From NCBI RefSeq assembly GCF_024521635.1, contig NW_026250404.1, positions 1,798,001 through 1,862,000 on the forward strand: DNA of 64,000 bases. The letters run 5' to 3'. This document shows positions 22,067 through 34,262 of this stretch, piece after piece. The stretch is from Tricharina praecox (Eukaryota). Each line of letters starts with the position of its first letter. Within the stretch, counting starts at the first letter, position 1. A program made the translations under genes and the position numbers. Under the pieces are notes generated by a model. The model saw only the letters and a program-made list of their open reading frames with translations. It was not told where the DNA came from and searched no databases.

Positions 22067-23345
22067 ATGGCTCGCTCAAAACAATCCACCAAGGCCGCTG
22101 CCGCCGCCGCTCCTGCCGCCGCAGTGAAGAAGCAGCAGAAGCAGAAGAAGAAGGCGACAAAACCCAAGGCCGCCGTAAATGTCGACGAGAAACTGGCCGA
22201 GAGCGAAGACAAGTCCACAAAGTCTGTTGCTGTTGTCGAGAAGAAAGCGGAGGAGGTGAAAGAGGTAGAAAAGAAGGCGCCACATCCGGCGACCGTATCG
22301 CCATACCGGTTGGATGAAGCGCAGGTACACTCTCTATTTCCCCCACCAACTCCAAAGGCAAAATCATTGACCAAAGCAACAGGCCCTAAAAGCTGCCCGA
22401 GCACTCCTAAAGCACATCTCGACCGCGCCCGCCGACGAGAACACCAAACCCAACCTTCTGGAAGACCCCGAAAACCCCGCCGACTCGGCCGTGCCGCTGT
22501 GGCTACAGCTCAACACGAAAAAGTACATGACCGACACCCGGAAGCTGAAACCCCTGCGGATTGCGATCCCGCACGCGCTGCTCAACCCGACCACAACGAC
22601 CGTCTGCCTGATCGTCAAGGACCCCCAGCGGCACTTCAAGGACCTAGTTGCGAGCGCGGGGCTCTCCAACGTAGTCACGAAAGTAATCGGCGTGGGCAAG
22701 CTGCAGAAGAAATACAAAGCCTTCGAGAACCGACGACAGCTGCTCGACAGCCACGACGTATTCCTTGCCGACGACCGGATCATCACGATGCTCCCCGCGA
22801 CGCTCGGCAAGCCGTTCTATCGGCAGACGTCGAAGATCCCGCTGCCGGTGACACTCGCGGCCGGCAACGACTCGCCCGCCTACCTCAAGACGCAGGTCGA
22901 GAAGGTGCTCAAGAGCACGTACGCGCACCTGTCCCCCTCGGCCACCACCGCCGTCCGCATCGCCCTCTCGAGCATGACCCCCGAGCAGGTGGTCGAGAAC
23001 ATTGTCCGCGTCGTCGACGACCTCACCAGCAAGAAGGTCCCCGGCGGTTGGAAGAACGTCAAGAGTCTGCACATCAAGTCGCCCAACAGCGCCAGCTTGC
23101 CCATCTACATGGCCGCGGACGTGTACGGCGAGGAGGACGTGTTGACGCCCGATGAGCAGCAGGAGCGCGCGCTCGCGCTGGCGAATAAGGCTGCGGATAG
23201 GAAGGAGAAGAAGGAGACGAGGAGTGCGAAGAGGAAGGGCTTGTCTGAGACGAAGCCTGTGGAGGAGGGGAAGGAGGTGGCCGCTGAGACCCCGAAGAAG
23301 AAGAAGGTCAAGGTCGTCGCCGCCGTCGCCGAAGAGAAGAAGTAA
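22067..23345 (+). CDS. Ribosomal protein L1-domain ribosome biogenesis factor (Utp30/Cic1/RSL1D1 family), 2 exons
   Basis: Intron at 22325-22382. Motifs VCLIVKDPQ, KLQKKYKAFENRRQLLDSHDVFLADDRI, LGKPFY and WKNVKSLHIKSPNSASLPIY; K-rich termini. Confidence 0.9.
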
Positions 23346-24148
23346 TGTCCAGTGGCGTTCAATTTTTTTGTATATATCATGGGCGAAAAAAAGCATTGTT
23401 ATGACATTCATGGATTATCACTTTGTCAAAAGGTTGTGCGCAAGACGAATGATTGGCAGTCTCCTCTATGGCTTCACTCATTCTTTCATTTGGTAGGTAG
23501 CGGGGTCTCCCTCTACAAAAGGTGTAGTTGGTTTGGTTTGCCATAGTCCAGAAATGCTGTATGTGAAATAAACACAGTCTCCTTCTATAAGGTTTGGTTT
23601 GGATGGTAGCCAACTCTAATCACATCACATAGGATGCACAATGCGGTGGGTGGGGTGGACAACATGTCTCTCCGCCACCGGCTCCCTTCCCTGATTGCGG
23701 GTGTGAAGCAGCTGCGGATGGGTGAGTATGAATGGGTTTTGTTGGTTCTCTTAGCCTCAATCGCATTGGTAGGTAAGGTGAATAGCTAGATACTTCATGG
23801 ACACCAAGGCTTGGAAAACTCAGTCGAGTAAGTAAGAAGTCTAGAGTAGCACCCTACATTCTGAGCAGCAGCAATATCAACGCCAGAGTGAGCACCAAAA
23901 TAACACAAAAAACATGGCGTGTCGAGTGATAATCTCAACACTGACGCAGAAAATCTCGAGTGATATATCATGTCCGTTGCCGCACGATGTGGACGAAACT
24001 GCTATGGACATAGAAAAAACACCCAGGAACTTCCACCATATGCCCAGCATCTGGGATTATTCATTATTGTGCATATAAGCAAGTACGAAAACAAGCGCTC
24101 AAAGAAAAAACCGAACTCGACGAACTCCATGCCCATGCCCATAAATCA

Positions 24149-25202
24149 TCACAACTCCTCACTGCCACTGAGCACCTCCGGCTGCAGCTGCGGCTGCAAC
24201 TCAAGTACACCATTCCCTCTCTCCCCCACCGGCCAAATCCACTCCTGCCTCTTCCCCTGTGGGCCAAAATAATTCCTAAAGACCTCCTCGAGCAGACCAT
24301 CCTCAAAGCGCATATGTTCTCCCGGAATCGTCAAAAACTCGAGCTTTCCCTGTTTATCGAGGGTCCTGAGCCCGAGCCAGTCCTCCTTGTACCCCTTTGT
24401 ATCCTGCAGTTTCGTGACCACCCCAGAGGTAGTATTGACGTCGGCCCACCACGCGGTCTCCTTCGGCACGACAGTCTGGTCGTCCGCAAACATGAACATG
24501 ACGAACCGCTCCAGCGTCGTTAGATTCTCTTTGTACGTAGCGTTCTTCTCGCTGCGCTCGTTATTGACATCGGCAAGCCACCTGGAGTGCTCTCTATAAC
24601 TCTCCAGATCCGCAGGATCCCTGTAGTACTGCGCGGGGACGACACGGGATTGTACATAGTCGGAGTACTTCTGCCCGCGCAGTAGCCCTTGGACACCGCG
24701 GCAAACGAAGTCCCCCGGCGCACAGGCGGCAATGAAGTCGGCGATGCCGTTATGCTGGGAGCCGAAGGTGACGAGCGTGTGGAGCGCGGGGGCATTGCAG
24801 CGCTCGACGTAGCCGCGCAGGAACTGCCCGCCCTGCGAGAAGCCGAGCGCGTTGAAGCCGCCCGAGAGCTCGGGGATCGCGGCGAGGTCGCTGCATACCC
24901 CCGCGAGCTGCGCGTTCACGTCGCCGAGGAACGTGGCGCTGCGATCGGACGAGCCGCTGGGGGCAAGTCGGATCGCGTATACGAAGGCAGATGGGTAGAC
25001 GTGCTGGAATAGGGCCGCGACACTTTGGATCCCGTCGGAGTCGTAGGAGTCGCCTGGTTTGTTAGCGGGACGGTGGTGCGGATGGCGGAGGCGGGCGCCT
25101 ACCGAGGCCGTGCCAGATCACTAGTGGGAGGGGTTTGGCGGGAGGGGCGGGTGCGGCGTGCGCGAGGAACGGTAGGACGAGGAGTATTGTGGAGAGACGC
25201 AT
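24149..25202 (-). CDS. PPT1: Palmitoyl-protein thioesterase (PPT1 family alpha/beta hydrolase) with signal peptide, 2 exons
   Basis: Intron at 25054-25102 gives PLPLVIWHGLGDS. Also GFSQGGQFLRGYVERCN (catalytic Ser), TFGSQHNG, VPAQYYRDP, DQTVVPKET, EDWLGLRTLD and GEHM. Confidence 0.93.
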
Positions 25203-25718
25203 TGCTTGAAACTGACGTCGAGTGCAACTATGGTGGCGTGCCGCGTGTGTAGCTGCTAGCAACGTGAAGCTTGAGCTTGAGGTTGGTCGTCGCCCCACGG
25301 GTGAGAGGAAGTCAGTGATTACCCGTCCTGGAGATACTGGCACAAGTGCCGGCAATCCGGCCGCCGAGTTCGAAGTGCTGTTTTCCGTTTAGCTGGCCCG
25401 TGCATTAGCCAAACATTCAGACTAGGAACAGGCCGCGATGGAGGAATACTAGCGGGACACACGCGGCATGCGTTGAGATGAGACGAAATCGAGGTCACGA
25501 TTTGATTCACTGGGCGATCACAGACAGCATAGCCAAGGAATTCCCATCAAGTAACTTTTCCCTTCCAGATTCTATATGCGACAAAAATGACCGAGAAGAC
25601 AACAATTGAAGCTCGCTCTGGGAAAAAAGAAACGCAACCCATACAACGCACAACACCCCCACGCACCCAGCCATCCCAACCTAAATAACACAATATGCAT
25701 TCATGAAAATGTCGTGGC

Positions 25719-27498
25719 TTAAGCCTGCTGAGGCAGTTCGGGCTTGGGAGTGTTCAGAGCACCAGTGATGGCGAACTGAGTGGCGATACCCTCGACACGG
25801 TGGAAGGCGTTCAGGTTCTTGTGGAGGACGATCTGGTAGCAAGTGGCACCACCCTGGCGGGAGGTAATGGTCGAGTACGCAAGGAAGTACTCCCAGACGC
25901 GGAACCACCGTCCACCGTACTTGGCCTTGACCTTCTCCTCGTTACCCATCCAGTTTCTGTACCATCTCCAGAGAGTAGCGCTGTAGTGAACTGTGGGGAA
26001 GAATTAGCATCGACAATAGGCAGATGGACCAGACAAGCGGAACATACCTCCAATGGTGTCAACAGTCTTGACCTCGAAACCAGCACCCTCGAGAGAGTCG
26101 ATGAACCATCCAAGGGGGGTCGAAGCGTCAGCACCGGGAAAGACATATTTGTTCATGAACAATCCCCAGATGAGGTCCTCATATTGCCAGCTCTTGCGCA
26201 GACCAGCGATCTGCAGGAAGAAGATACCGTCGTCCTCGAGCATGTTGTTGACCTGCTTCAAGAAGGTAGAGAAGTGCTTGACACCGACGTGCTCAGCCAT
26301 CTCGAGACAGGTGATCTTGTTGTACTTTCCTTCGGGGACGGGAGTGTCGCGGTAATCCATGCAGAGAACCTTAGACTGAGACTCAGGGGTTCCATCACGG
26401 CGAAGGCCACTGTTGCCCCAGGCGGTCTGGTTGCGTCCGAGGGTGATACCGGTAACGTGTGCGCCAAAGTTCTTGGAAGCGAAACGAGCGAGCGTTCCCC
26501 AACCACAGCCGAGATCCAACATCCGCTCGCCGGGCTTCAAGTCGATCTTGCTGCAGACGGTCTTGAGCTTGTTGTCCTGAAGTTCCTCGAGAGTCTCCTC
26601 CTTGTGGATGTCCGAGATAAGGCCGGAAGTATAGATCATGCGTGGGCCCAAGAACCATCCGTAGAAGTCATCACCACGGTCGTAGTGGTCACGGACTTGC
26701 TCCTCATCTACAGCGCAATTAGTATCGTGCTTCCAGGAGGGAACTTCTGTAAGATGTAGAGCTTACCCTGGGATCGAGTGTGCATGATAACCTCGGGAAT
26801 CATGCCGGTCAAGAAGTATTTGAACAAGCTCCAGGTGAACTCGGAAGTGCACCAATCGTGACGGTATTCCAGAATCTCCAAGCAGTCGCCCTTGAAGGAC
26901 ACATCGCCGGCGAAGTACATCTCGTGGAAGGTCTCCATGGGGATCTTTGCGGTGCCCTTGTACTTCTCCTTGTCTTCGGGCTTGTGGAAGTCAAGGTAGT
27001 GTTCGATGGGCTTTCCGGGCAACTTGACTTTCGTATTCTTGCGGGGGGAGTACCGCGACATGATTGTCCAGTAGCCAACCAGAATCGGAAGGGACGTGAG
27101 CAATGCGAAGAAGATGAAGGTTTTGAGGCCTCCGCCGACTTTCCGCATCAGGTAGAAGGGGACGACGATGATGGCACCGCCCAGGATCAAGTTGCTGAAT
27201 TGCTCATTGCCGGGACCCTCGGCGGGGAGGGGAGCATTGGGGATAGTTGGGTACTGATCAATTGAGTCAGCAAAAGATACAACGAAGCACCAGTGGAGGG
27301 AATTGGAAGGAATTGGATAGATAGAGGAGGAATTGAATGGGATGGGATGGGATTGATGCAACGGCGGACAGGGACACGTACAGCAGTTGTTCGCACACCG
27401 CATACAGTGCTCGGTGGGGCGGGCTCCTTCGCTGGAGGAGTCTGGATGAAGTCGAAGGTCTCCTCGACCTCGGAAACGCCCTTCTTCTGCTCCGACAT
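25719..27498 (-). CDS. MTS1: Sphingolipid C9-methyltransferase (cyclopropane-fatty-acid-synthase-like SAM methyltransferase), 4 exons
   Basis: Introns at 27254-27381, 26708-26766 and 25991-26047. Two N-terminal TM segments. Motifs HTRSQDEEQVRDHYDRGDDFYGWFLGPRMIYTSG, LDLGCGWG, CLEMAEHVG and WGLFMNKYVFPGAD. Confidence 0.93.
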
Positions 27499-28044
27499 GA
27501 TTGGAGACAGGTGTTGCAAGAAGGTTCGGGGGTGGTGGTGATGGTGGGGGAGAGGAGATGAGAAGGAAAGAAGATGAAGCAGCAGCGGGCCGCGGGGGGG
27601 TATTTGAAGAAGCAGCGGATAATGAACGATTCCGGAAGCTCTATGGTGTCTTTCTTCACGCCCTCACTCACAACTCACACTACCTGCAACAACAACAACC
27701 TCTTTACCTGCCTCCCCGATAACTTTACTCGATGCATCCTGAACCCTGCGTGTCTTGGCGCCCACACGGACCAGGTCCGCACCAGCCGACTGGGTTCGTT
27801 GGACGGTCCGAGTTTGGGGATCTAAGGGGGTGGCAGCGGTGCGTGTGATTGGTCGGGCTGCGGGTCACAGAGACAGCTCTTTGGCCGCTGCGTCTGGCGG
27901 TCGGCTACATCCATACGAATCCGTTGCGGAGCATCCTCGCAAGCTTGGTTAGGTAACTGTTGGAGCAGCACCACCGCACCAGTGGATCTCGCGCAAATTC
28001 CAACGTGTCGTTTCACTGATGCAAACTGTCCTCTCGCAACTGAC

Positions 28045-28045
<1 letters not shown>

Positions 28046-28081
<36 letters not shown>
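28046..28081. repeat. (GCA)12 microsatellite, intergenic
   Basis: Perfect 36-bp run read directly. Confidence 0.95.
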
Positions 28082-28082
<1 letters not shown>

Positions 28083-29611
28083 GCAGTGAGCGGGAACGCC
28101 GGTAGTATCAGATGTGCGGCAGGAGGCGGTGGACACAGAACCATCTATCTACCGGTAACTGCTAGTTATCATCATATGTGCTCACAGGGGGACGGCCTTG
28201 CACACACGACACGGCGAACATCAATCCTGCGGCTCGATCAGTCTCGTATTGAGTGTCGGCTTGCGTACTCTACTCGGCAACTCGACGACTACCGTATCGT
28301 GAACGATCTCCGTAAAACCGATTCCGCGACACGCCTGCTCAACTCCTGGACCTCAAGCCTCGGTCTTCAGGGCCGAGGACATCTCCTCGTGTGCGTATAT
28401 ATGCGTCGCAGCTCAAGAATCAACTATCAATCGCCAACAAAGAAACATATCTCACACATAGATATCCCGCAAAAGCCACCCCGACCCCCTCCAACCCAAC
28501 CCAACCACCGAGCAGTTGACCCGAACCCCCCCGTCACGGCAGGATGATGATGGCAGATCTCTAGTACACATGGGCACTGGCCCTCCCTCCCTCCCCTCGC
28601 TCGCCGAGATTGAATCTCGGTTCAGGCTTAACCTTAAGTTTAAAAAGTTAATCTTCGTCCCATTCCAGTTCTAGCTGTCGCACGCAATCTCTCCTTTGAG
28701 AGTAATCTCCAAATAGGGGAGGGGAGGGGAGCGCAGAGTGCGACCCAACCACCTGCGTATATACGATTATCTGTCGTCCAGAGGAAGATATCTGCCTCGT
28801 CAGTAGAGTAGAGCACCCCTATCCCGACTGCAGCTGGATATACCCGAATGCTAGAGCTGGTAAGTAGGCACGCGGTCGAGCCCTGTATGTAGAGTACATA
28901 TCGAAAGGAGAAGGAAGCGCTGGTGCACTAGGTACTCTAACGTTCCAGCTTGTACGGTGAAGGGAAGCTTGTCTGTCTCCCGTCGTTATGTAGATAGAGT
29001 ACCTCTCGGGGATTGCCGTAGACTGTAGTCAGGCTCCCGGGATATCTACATGAGGAATAGATATATACCGCTTGAACTCGCGGTGCGACAGTGGCAGCGC
29101 CGCGAGTGTGGCCGGTGTGTGGCCGGTGTGTTGCGGGTAACTACATAAAACCAACTTCACAAAAGGCTGAGACGATAGAATTGGGCATGTACCGGTGAAG
29201 AATGCCCTCAAGCCACTAACCAATAAGGTGTGTAGTAACCACCGCATCAACGAGTCCCCTAAATGATGAGAAGCTTCACTGGACCTCAAGCGGTCGACGT
29301 ATTGTCGCATGCGGCCTGTCAAGACTATCGTAACCCCTTACCCGACCTTTCCTGCCAACTCCGCAGGGGACAGAGGAAGCCCTGCAGCTACGGAAAAGGA
29401 CGGTAACGATGGTACGAGGTATGTATAATGGATCGGTGCGTACGTATTTAGGAATCACGAGTGATAAAAGGGGATCAATCCTGGTCCATTTGCACCTCCA
29501 AGCCGGTGCATACAGTACTATACATACATTCTACAATCATGAGATGGTGGTACATAACGAGCAAGTTACAAATAATATTCTCCCAAAATGCGCCTATCCC
29601 CATGGTCAAAT

Positions 29612-32196
29612 CTAAACCTCTACCTCCTGCTCCCAGATATGCTTGAAACGATCTTTCAAATAGTACGGTACATGTTTCGCGGCCGCCCTGACACGGAGAG
29701 CATCGTACGGCAATTTCTCAGTCTTGATAGCCTCGAGGAGATAGATAGCCACAGTCTCCTCGCTAAGCGGCGGATCCCGCCAGATCTTTGCGATGTCCGC
29801 GAGTTCGAGCTCCGCGTGGTGCCACAGTGCGTATGCACGCATCTGGGGCTTCGAAAGTGGCGGTGACGTGCCGCACGATGAGGTGTAGGTTTTGATCCAT
29901 TGCGAGGCTACTTCTATCTCGGCGGAGAAGACCTCGGTGATGGTGGTGGTCTTGGATGTCTCCGAGAGGGATTCGGTGTCGCAGCCTTCCGTTGATGTTG
30001 GGGTGGCCGTGGTGGTTTCGGGGTCGCAGCCTTCCGTCGATGTTGGGGTGGCTGAGAGGGATTCGGTGTCGCAGCCTTCCGTTGATGTTGGGGTGGCCGT
30101 AGGGGATTCGGTTTCGCGGCCTTCCGTTGATGTTGGGGTGGCCGTGGTGGATTCGGTGTCGCAGCCTTCCGCTGATGTTGGGATGGCCGTGATTACGGAG
30201 GAGGTTAAGACCGTAGTTTTGGTAGTGGTGGTGGATGTTACCGTGGTGCTGGTTGTGGTGGTGGTAGGAGCACAGTCTTCGGAGGTATCTTCGATAGCTC
30301 TACACTCCGGTCGACGGGGGCGAGGGTTTAAGGCCATGCGTCTGGTCTCCAGAACATCGAAGATTCGGAGTCCAGCATAGGTATCGGCAGCGGCATCTGG
30401 TTACACATGAGCTCAAGCAATAGTTGGTGTTCTAGTCGGGAGAACGTACACTTTGCTTGCACGTTGCTCATAGGCTTCGACCAGTCGGAAACTCTGACTG
30501 GACCTTTATCCAGCGGCAGGCCCAGATGCGCCCGCGTCTGCTTAGCCAACGCAAACAGCCTTTTCGGAATCTTAGGCATGTTGTTTTCGAGAGATACGAC
30601 GAGGTTATGGAGATCGCTGAGCTCAAAGACACCCTGCGGCTTGACGCCGAGGAATTTATGCAAACGCCGGTGGTCGCCGAGAACATTGACTCCAACTTTG
30701 AGTACTCGATCGGACTCAATCAATTTCCGAAGCGTCGGCGAGATGAGTTCATCCACTGATTCTTTTAACTTCAATGGCTTCCCATTACTATCGCAGCCAA
30801 TCTGCGCCACGTGTATTATGGCAATCGTAGATTCACTCGCCACTTGGATGACGGCAACATTCTGTCTACACGAACTGTCAGTCGAAACTTCCAGTATGTA
30901 AATACAATGCGCCGCGAGTGGCTACCTTATGGATGTCTTGTTTCTCTCCGGGAAAACCCATTCCAGGTCAAATCCCACGACTTCCTCATCCAGAAATTGT
31001 GGCAACACTTTCTCGCAGTCCTCTAGTGATTTGCAGACATGGACTTTGACGCCCTCGCCCTTCGAATCGACATAGTATGTATGGTTCCATGACTTATTCT
31101 CATTTTCCTCGGCTAGAGCCATTTTGACCTCAAGAATCTTTGGTGGAATATGGTACATTGAGAAGGGGATATATGGCTTCTCTGGCTCTGTTGAAAGGGA
31201 GGGCACCTTCGCAAAATCTTGGTCCCAATTCACCCTGGGGCTCGAAATGAGAGGCTTGACAACCTCAATTGGTACACACTCGCCAGGGGATTCCATCGCC
31301 GTCAATGTTTCCCCCGCCTCTTCGGCAGCGAGTGATTTGGCAAGATTTCTGGCAATCACAAGCGACGACCGTTCCGCCTTTTGGTGAAGGGCAATGGCAT
31401 TACCGGCGAGAGCATTGACAAGATTCAATGCAGTATGTAATTCGGCCGAGGGTCGTTTTCTCCTCTCCAGACCGAGTTTCTCCATTTCCGCCTGCAATTG
31501 TGAGAAGTACTGGTTCGCTTCCTCACTGAGTTGTTTGATCTTCAATATGGTATCCTCCGGCTTTGTTCTCGCGAAACGTACAGCCTTGGCACTTGCCGCA
31601 TCCGTATCTGGCTGTCGAGCTCTTCTCCACAATGGAGAGATAGTCCTTGTGATGGGCGGTGCCGCAGACGACAGCACCGAAGTTGGCCGACTTCCACGCA
31701 CTTGCACAGGATTTCCTCTAGGTGGTGCTGGAGTAGCTGGTGGCGCATTGTCAGCGCCACTGAACAAGATTGATTCGCCATTTCGCCACAGATTTTTCTG
31801 CGCGTAGCTTGCCGTTGTCGAGAATGTTCGGGGTTGGCTTGCTGTGGCCTTCAAGCTGTGTGGCCATAAGAAGGCTGAGGAAGTTGGAGGTGCAGTATCA
31901 GAAGCGGGTGAACTGCTTCCGCTTCGTCGTGTTTGCAGATCAAGCAAGTCTTTGCGGTCACTATTCCGTGGGCATTCGGTAATCGAAGGTTGCTCTGTCG
32001 TCAAATCTGTTCTGTATGGCGCAGATATCAACAAACCATGTTCATTCTCAGATCTCGAAAGAAAACTTTACGCAGAAGGTTCACCAGACATTTTCTGGGT
32101 TCTGATGTGCGTTAAATACCACGAAGAAGTGCTGGAGAAAGTGCGGCCCATAGCGAACTGCGGGGCAGAGGTGGAGGAGGAGGTAACGCGCAGCAT
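29612..32196 (-). CDS. DEDDy 3'-5' exonuclease (WRN-exo/EXD2-like) with a C-terminal helix-turn-helix-like domain; 5' end uncertain
   Basis: Introns at 30866-30925 and 30397-30449 join ExoI VGFDLEW, KVGVNVLGD, VRVSDWS and ExoIII YAAADTYAG. The C-terminus reads RAYALWH..IAKIWRDPPL..TVAIYLLEAI. Proposed start is ATG 32196 with an intron at 32012-32071 (less certain). Confidence 0.82.
29964..30190. repeat. Coding minisatellite, 5 x 45 bp
   Basis: Units start at 29970, 30015, 30060, 30105 and 30150 (GATTCGGTGTCGCAGCCTTCCGTTGATGTTGGGGTGGCC-like). Each encodes TEGCDTESxxATPTS. Confidence 0.92.
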
Positions 32197-32407
32197 CTTC
32201 TTGGGAGCTGCGAGCTTGAGTCGATGTGGAAATGAGTTGGTTGCCACTCGCAGGCACCGCCATGGGTTTTTTAGCGGCTCTGCAAGATGGAGGTGGTTGC
32301 AACTTCTAAAGGCACGCTAGCTAAGCGCTGCCGCATCTACTGAACTGCATCACCCACCCACCACCATCGCGGGGTCAGTTAAACATCCCAAAACAACAAT
32401 CACAGCT

Positions 32408-32951
32408 ATGGCATCTCAACTACTACCTCTCGGTCGGTCTCCTCTCGTTACTCCAAACTCAGGCAGCTGATACGTACGATTTTAGAGTTGGTCGACAAGT
32501 GTGTTGGTTCGCGGATATGGGTAGTGATGAAGGGGGAGAAGGGTGAGCAGTTAACCAGCTTCAAGAGCTGTGGTTGCCAATCCACTGACGCTCTGGCAGA
32601 ATTCAGCGGCACACTGGTTGGCTTCGATGACTACGTCAGTAAGTCTACCTTGAACTTCCGCTGTTACTGAATGTCGTGCTGATCCTCCGTAGACATGGTC
32701 TTGGAAGACGTAACAGAATAGTACCTATGCCCCGCGTGACCGCATTCCATCCACACCGCTAATCACCGCCATATCTTCGCAGCGAACCTACTGGCGAGCA
32801 GATCAAGCTTAAGAAGATTCTTCTCAACGGAAACAACATCTGCATGGTGGGGCATTCTCTCGGCGGGGGTGCGATGCGGGAACAGGGGGAAGTGCTGACC
32901 GTTTACCTGCAGTTGATTCCTGGAGGCGATGGACCTGGCGCTTCGTTATAA
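32408..32951 (+). CDS. LSM5: U6 snRNA-associated Sm-like protein LSm5, 83 aa, 6 exons
   Basis: Introns at 32433-32485, 32543-32599, 32639-32692, 32721-32782 and 32847-32912 give [83 protein letters not shown]. Confidence 0.96.
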
Positions 32952-34262
32952 GAGTGCTTCGTCGTGAGAGCAGTTCGCCATAAGACCTCTTCGGTGCTTC
33001 TGTTTTCGTCATGGATAGGAGTTGGCGCAGAATAATTTGTCGCAATTAATGGGCTACACTGCGAATAAACTTTCACTGTGTCAACGCACCGTCTACGAAC
33101 TCCATTGCTCTCTTCTCATTTGCATGTAGTACCACTGTTCAGACGGTTCATATCCGAGGCGACACTCTTGACCAAATTCGGACATTGAAGCAATTTCCAT
33201 AACCGCAGTGCTGGCTACTGGCCGTCTCACATCTCGGGCATCATCACGGTTTCCTTTTCTTTCGGTTTTATCCGTACGTGTGCGGGTGTTCTACTGAGAG
33301 CGTGACTCCAGAATTGCCAGGACTACAAGAGAAGAACCACATCATTGAAAGCCGCATAGCACAACAGTACTTTTGCATGTTGAAATTGCGTTCACCAGCC
33401 TCCCTTACTTTGCTTACAATCCTCAGGATGGTCCAGCGTCCTTAAACCGCCAACCACGTTTGGAAAACGACATGCCCGGGCCTGGATACACTCATGCGCC
33501 ATTGCTTGGGATATCCAAGAGCTTCACCGCCTATTCACAGGGGCGTTTGGAGATGGGCCAGCCGGTGGACGGATGATTGTTGAGCTCGGTGGTACTGCTG
33601 AGCGACTTATCCGGCGGAGAAGCTCGCATCAAAGTGACTACCGTATAATTCAAGACACGTGCAAACCTCAAGAAAAGCGGCTGCCGAAAAAAGAAAAAGG
33701 TCCACCGCCGGGAACTCGGACAGTGTGCGTACCTAGTGTGTCATGTGCGGGACAAATAGTTGCCGTTGCCGTTTGGGAGGGGGACGATCGAGCTCTATGG
33801 TAACCGACACCGAAGCTAGCACTAGTACCATTGTCGTGAAATGGATAAGAGCATTGTATGTAGAGGTAGAGATGACGATGGCAGAAGGAAGGTGAATTAT
33901 ATCAATCCGACCGGTAACGAGGAAGTGAACGTGCGAGTTGAAATCCATTGGCGTTGGGGCAGACAGAACCGAGGGATGGTGGACGTATTGGTTGACATCT
34001 CGGATAAAGAGAAGGGTCGGAGGACGATGGCGGATAGCAAAAGGGTGCAGAGCGCGCTGATCCAAGTAAGCCGGTTCTTGGCGTTTGGTGGTCGAGGGAA
34101 ACCACAGGCAACTCGTCGTCAGCTCTCCTTTAAACGAATCGGGTTCCACATCGCTAGCACCTCCACATCGACACTCATCCACCACTACCACCGCTACCAC
34201 CACCACATCACCTATTGCGATACTCAGCTTCATATCCGTACCATCAAACTTCGTCTCCCCAA

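Noticed and set aside
24149..27498. Tandem PPT1 and sphingolipid C9-methyltransferase as a lipid gene cluster or fusion
   Set aside because: They have separate stop, start and signal peptide, act in different pathways, and no other lipid genes are adjacent.
28543..28660. ATGATGA (box C-like) with a nearby CCGAGAT-tga-ATCTCGG hairpin as a snoRNA
   Set aside because: No CTGA box D at a suitable distance and no terminal stem.
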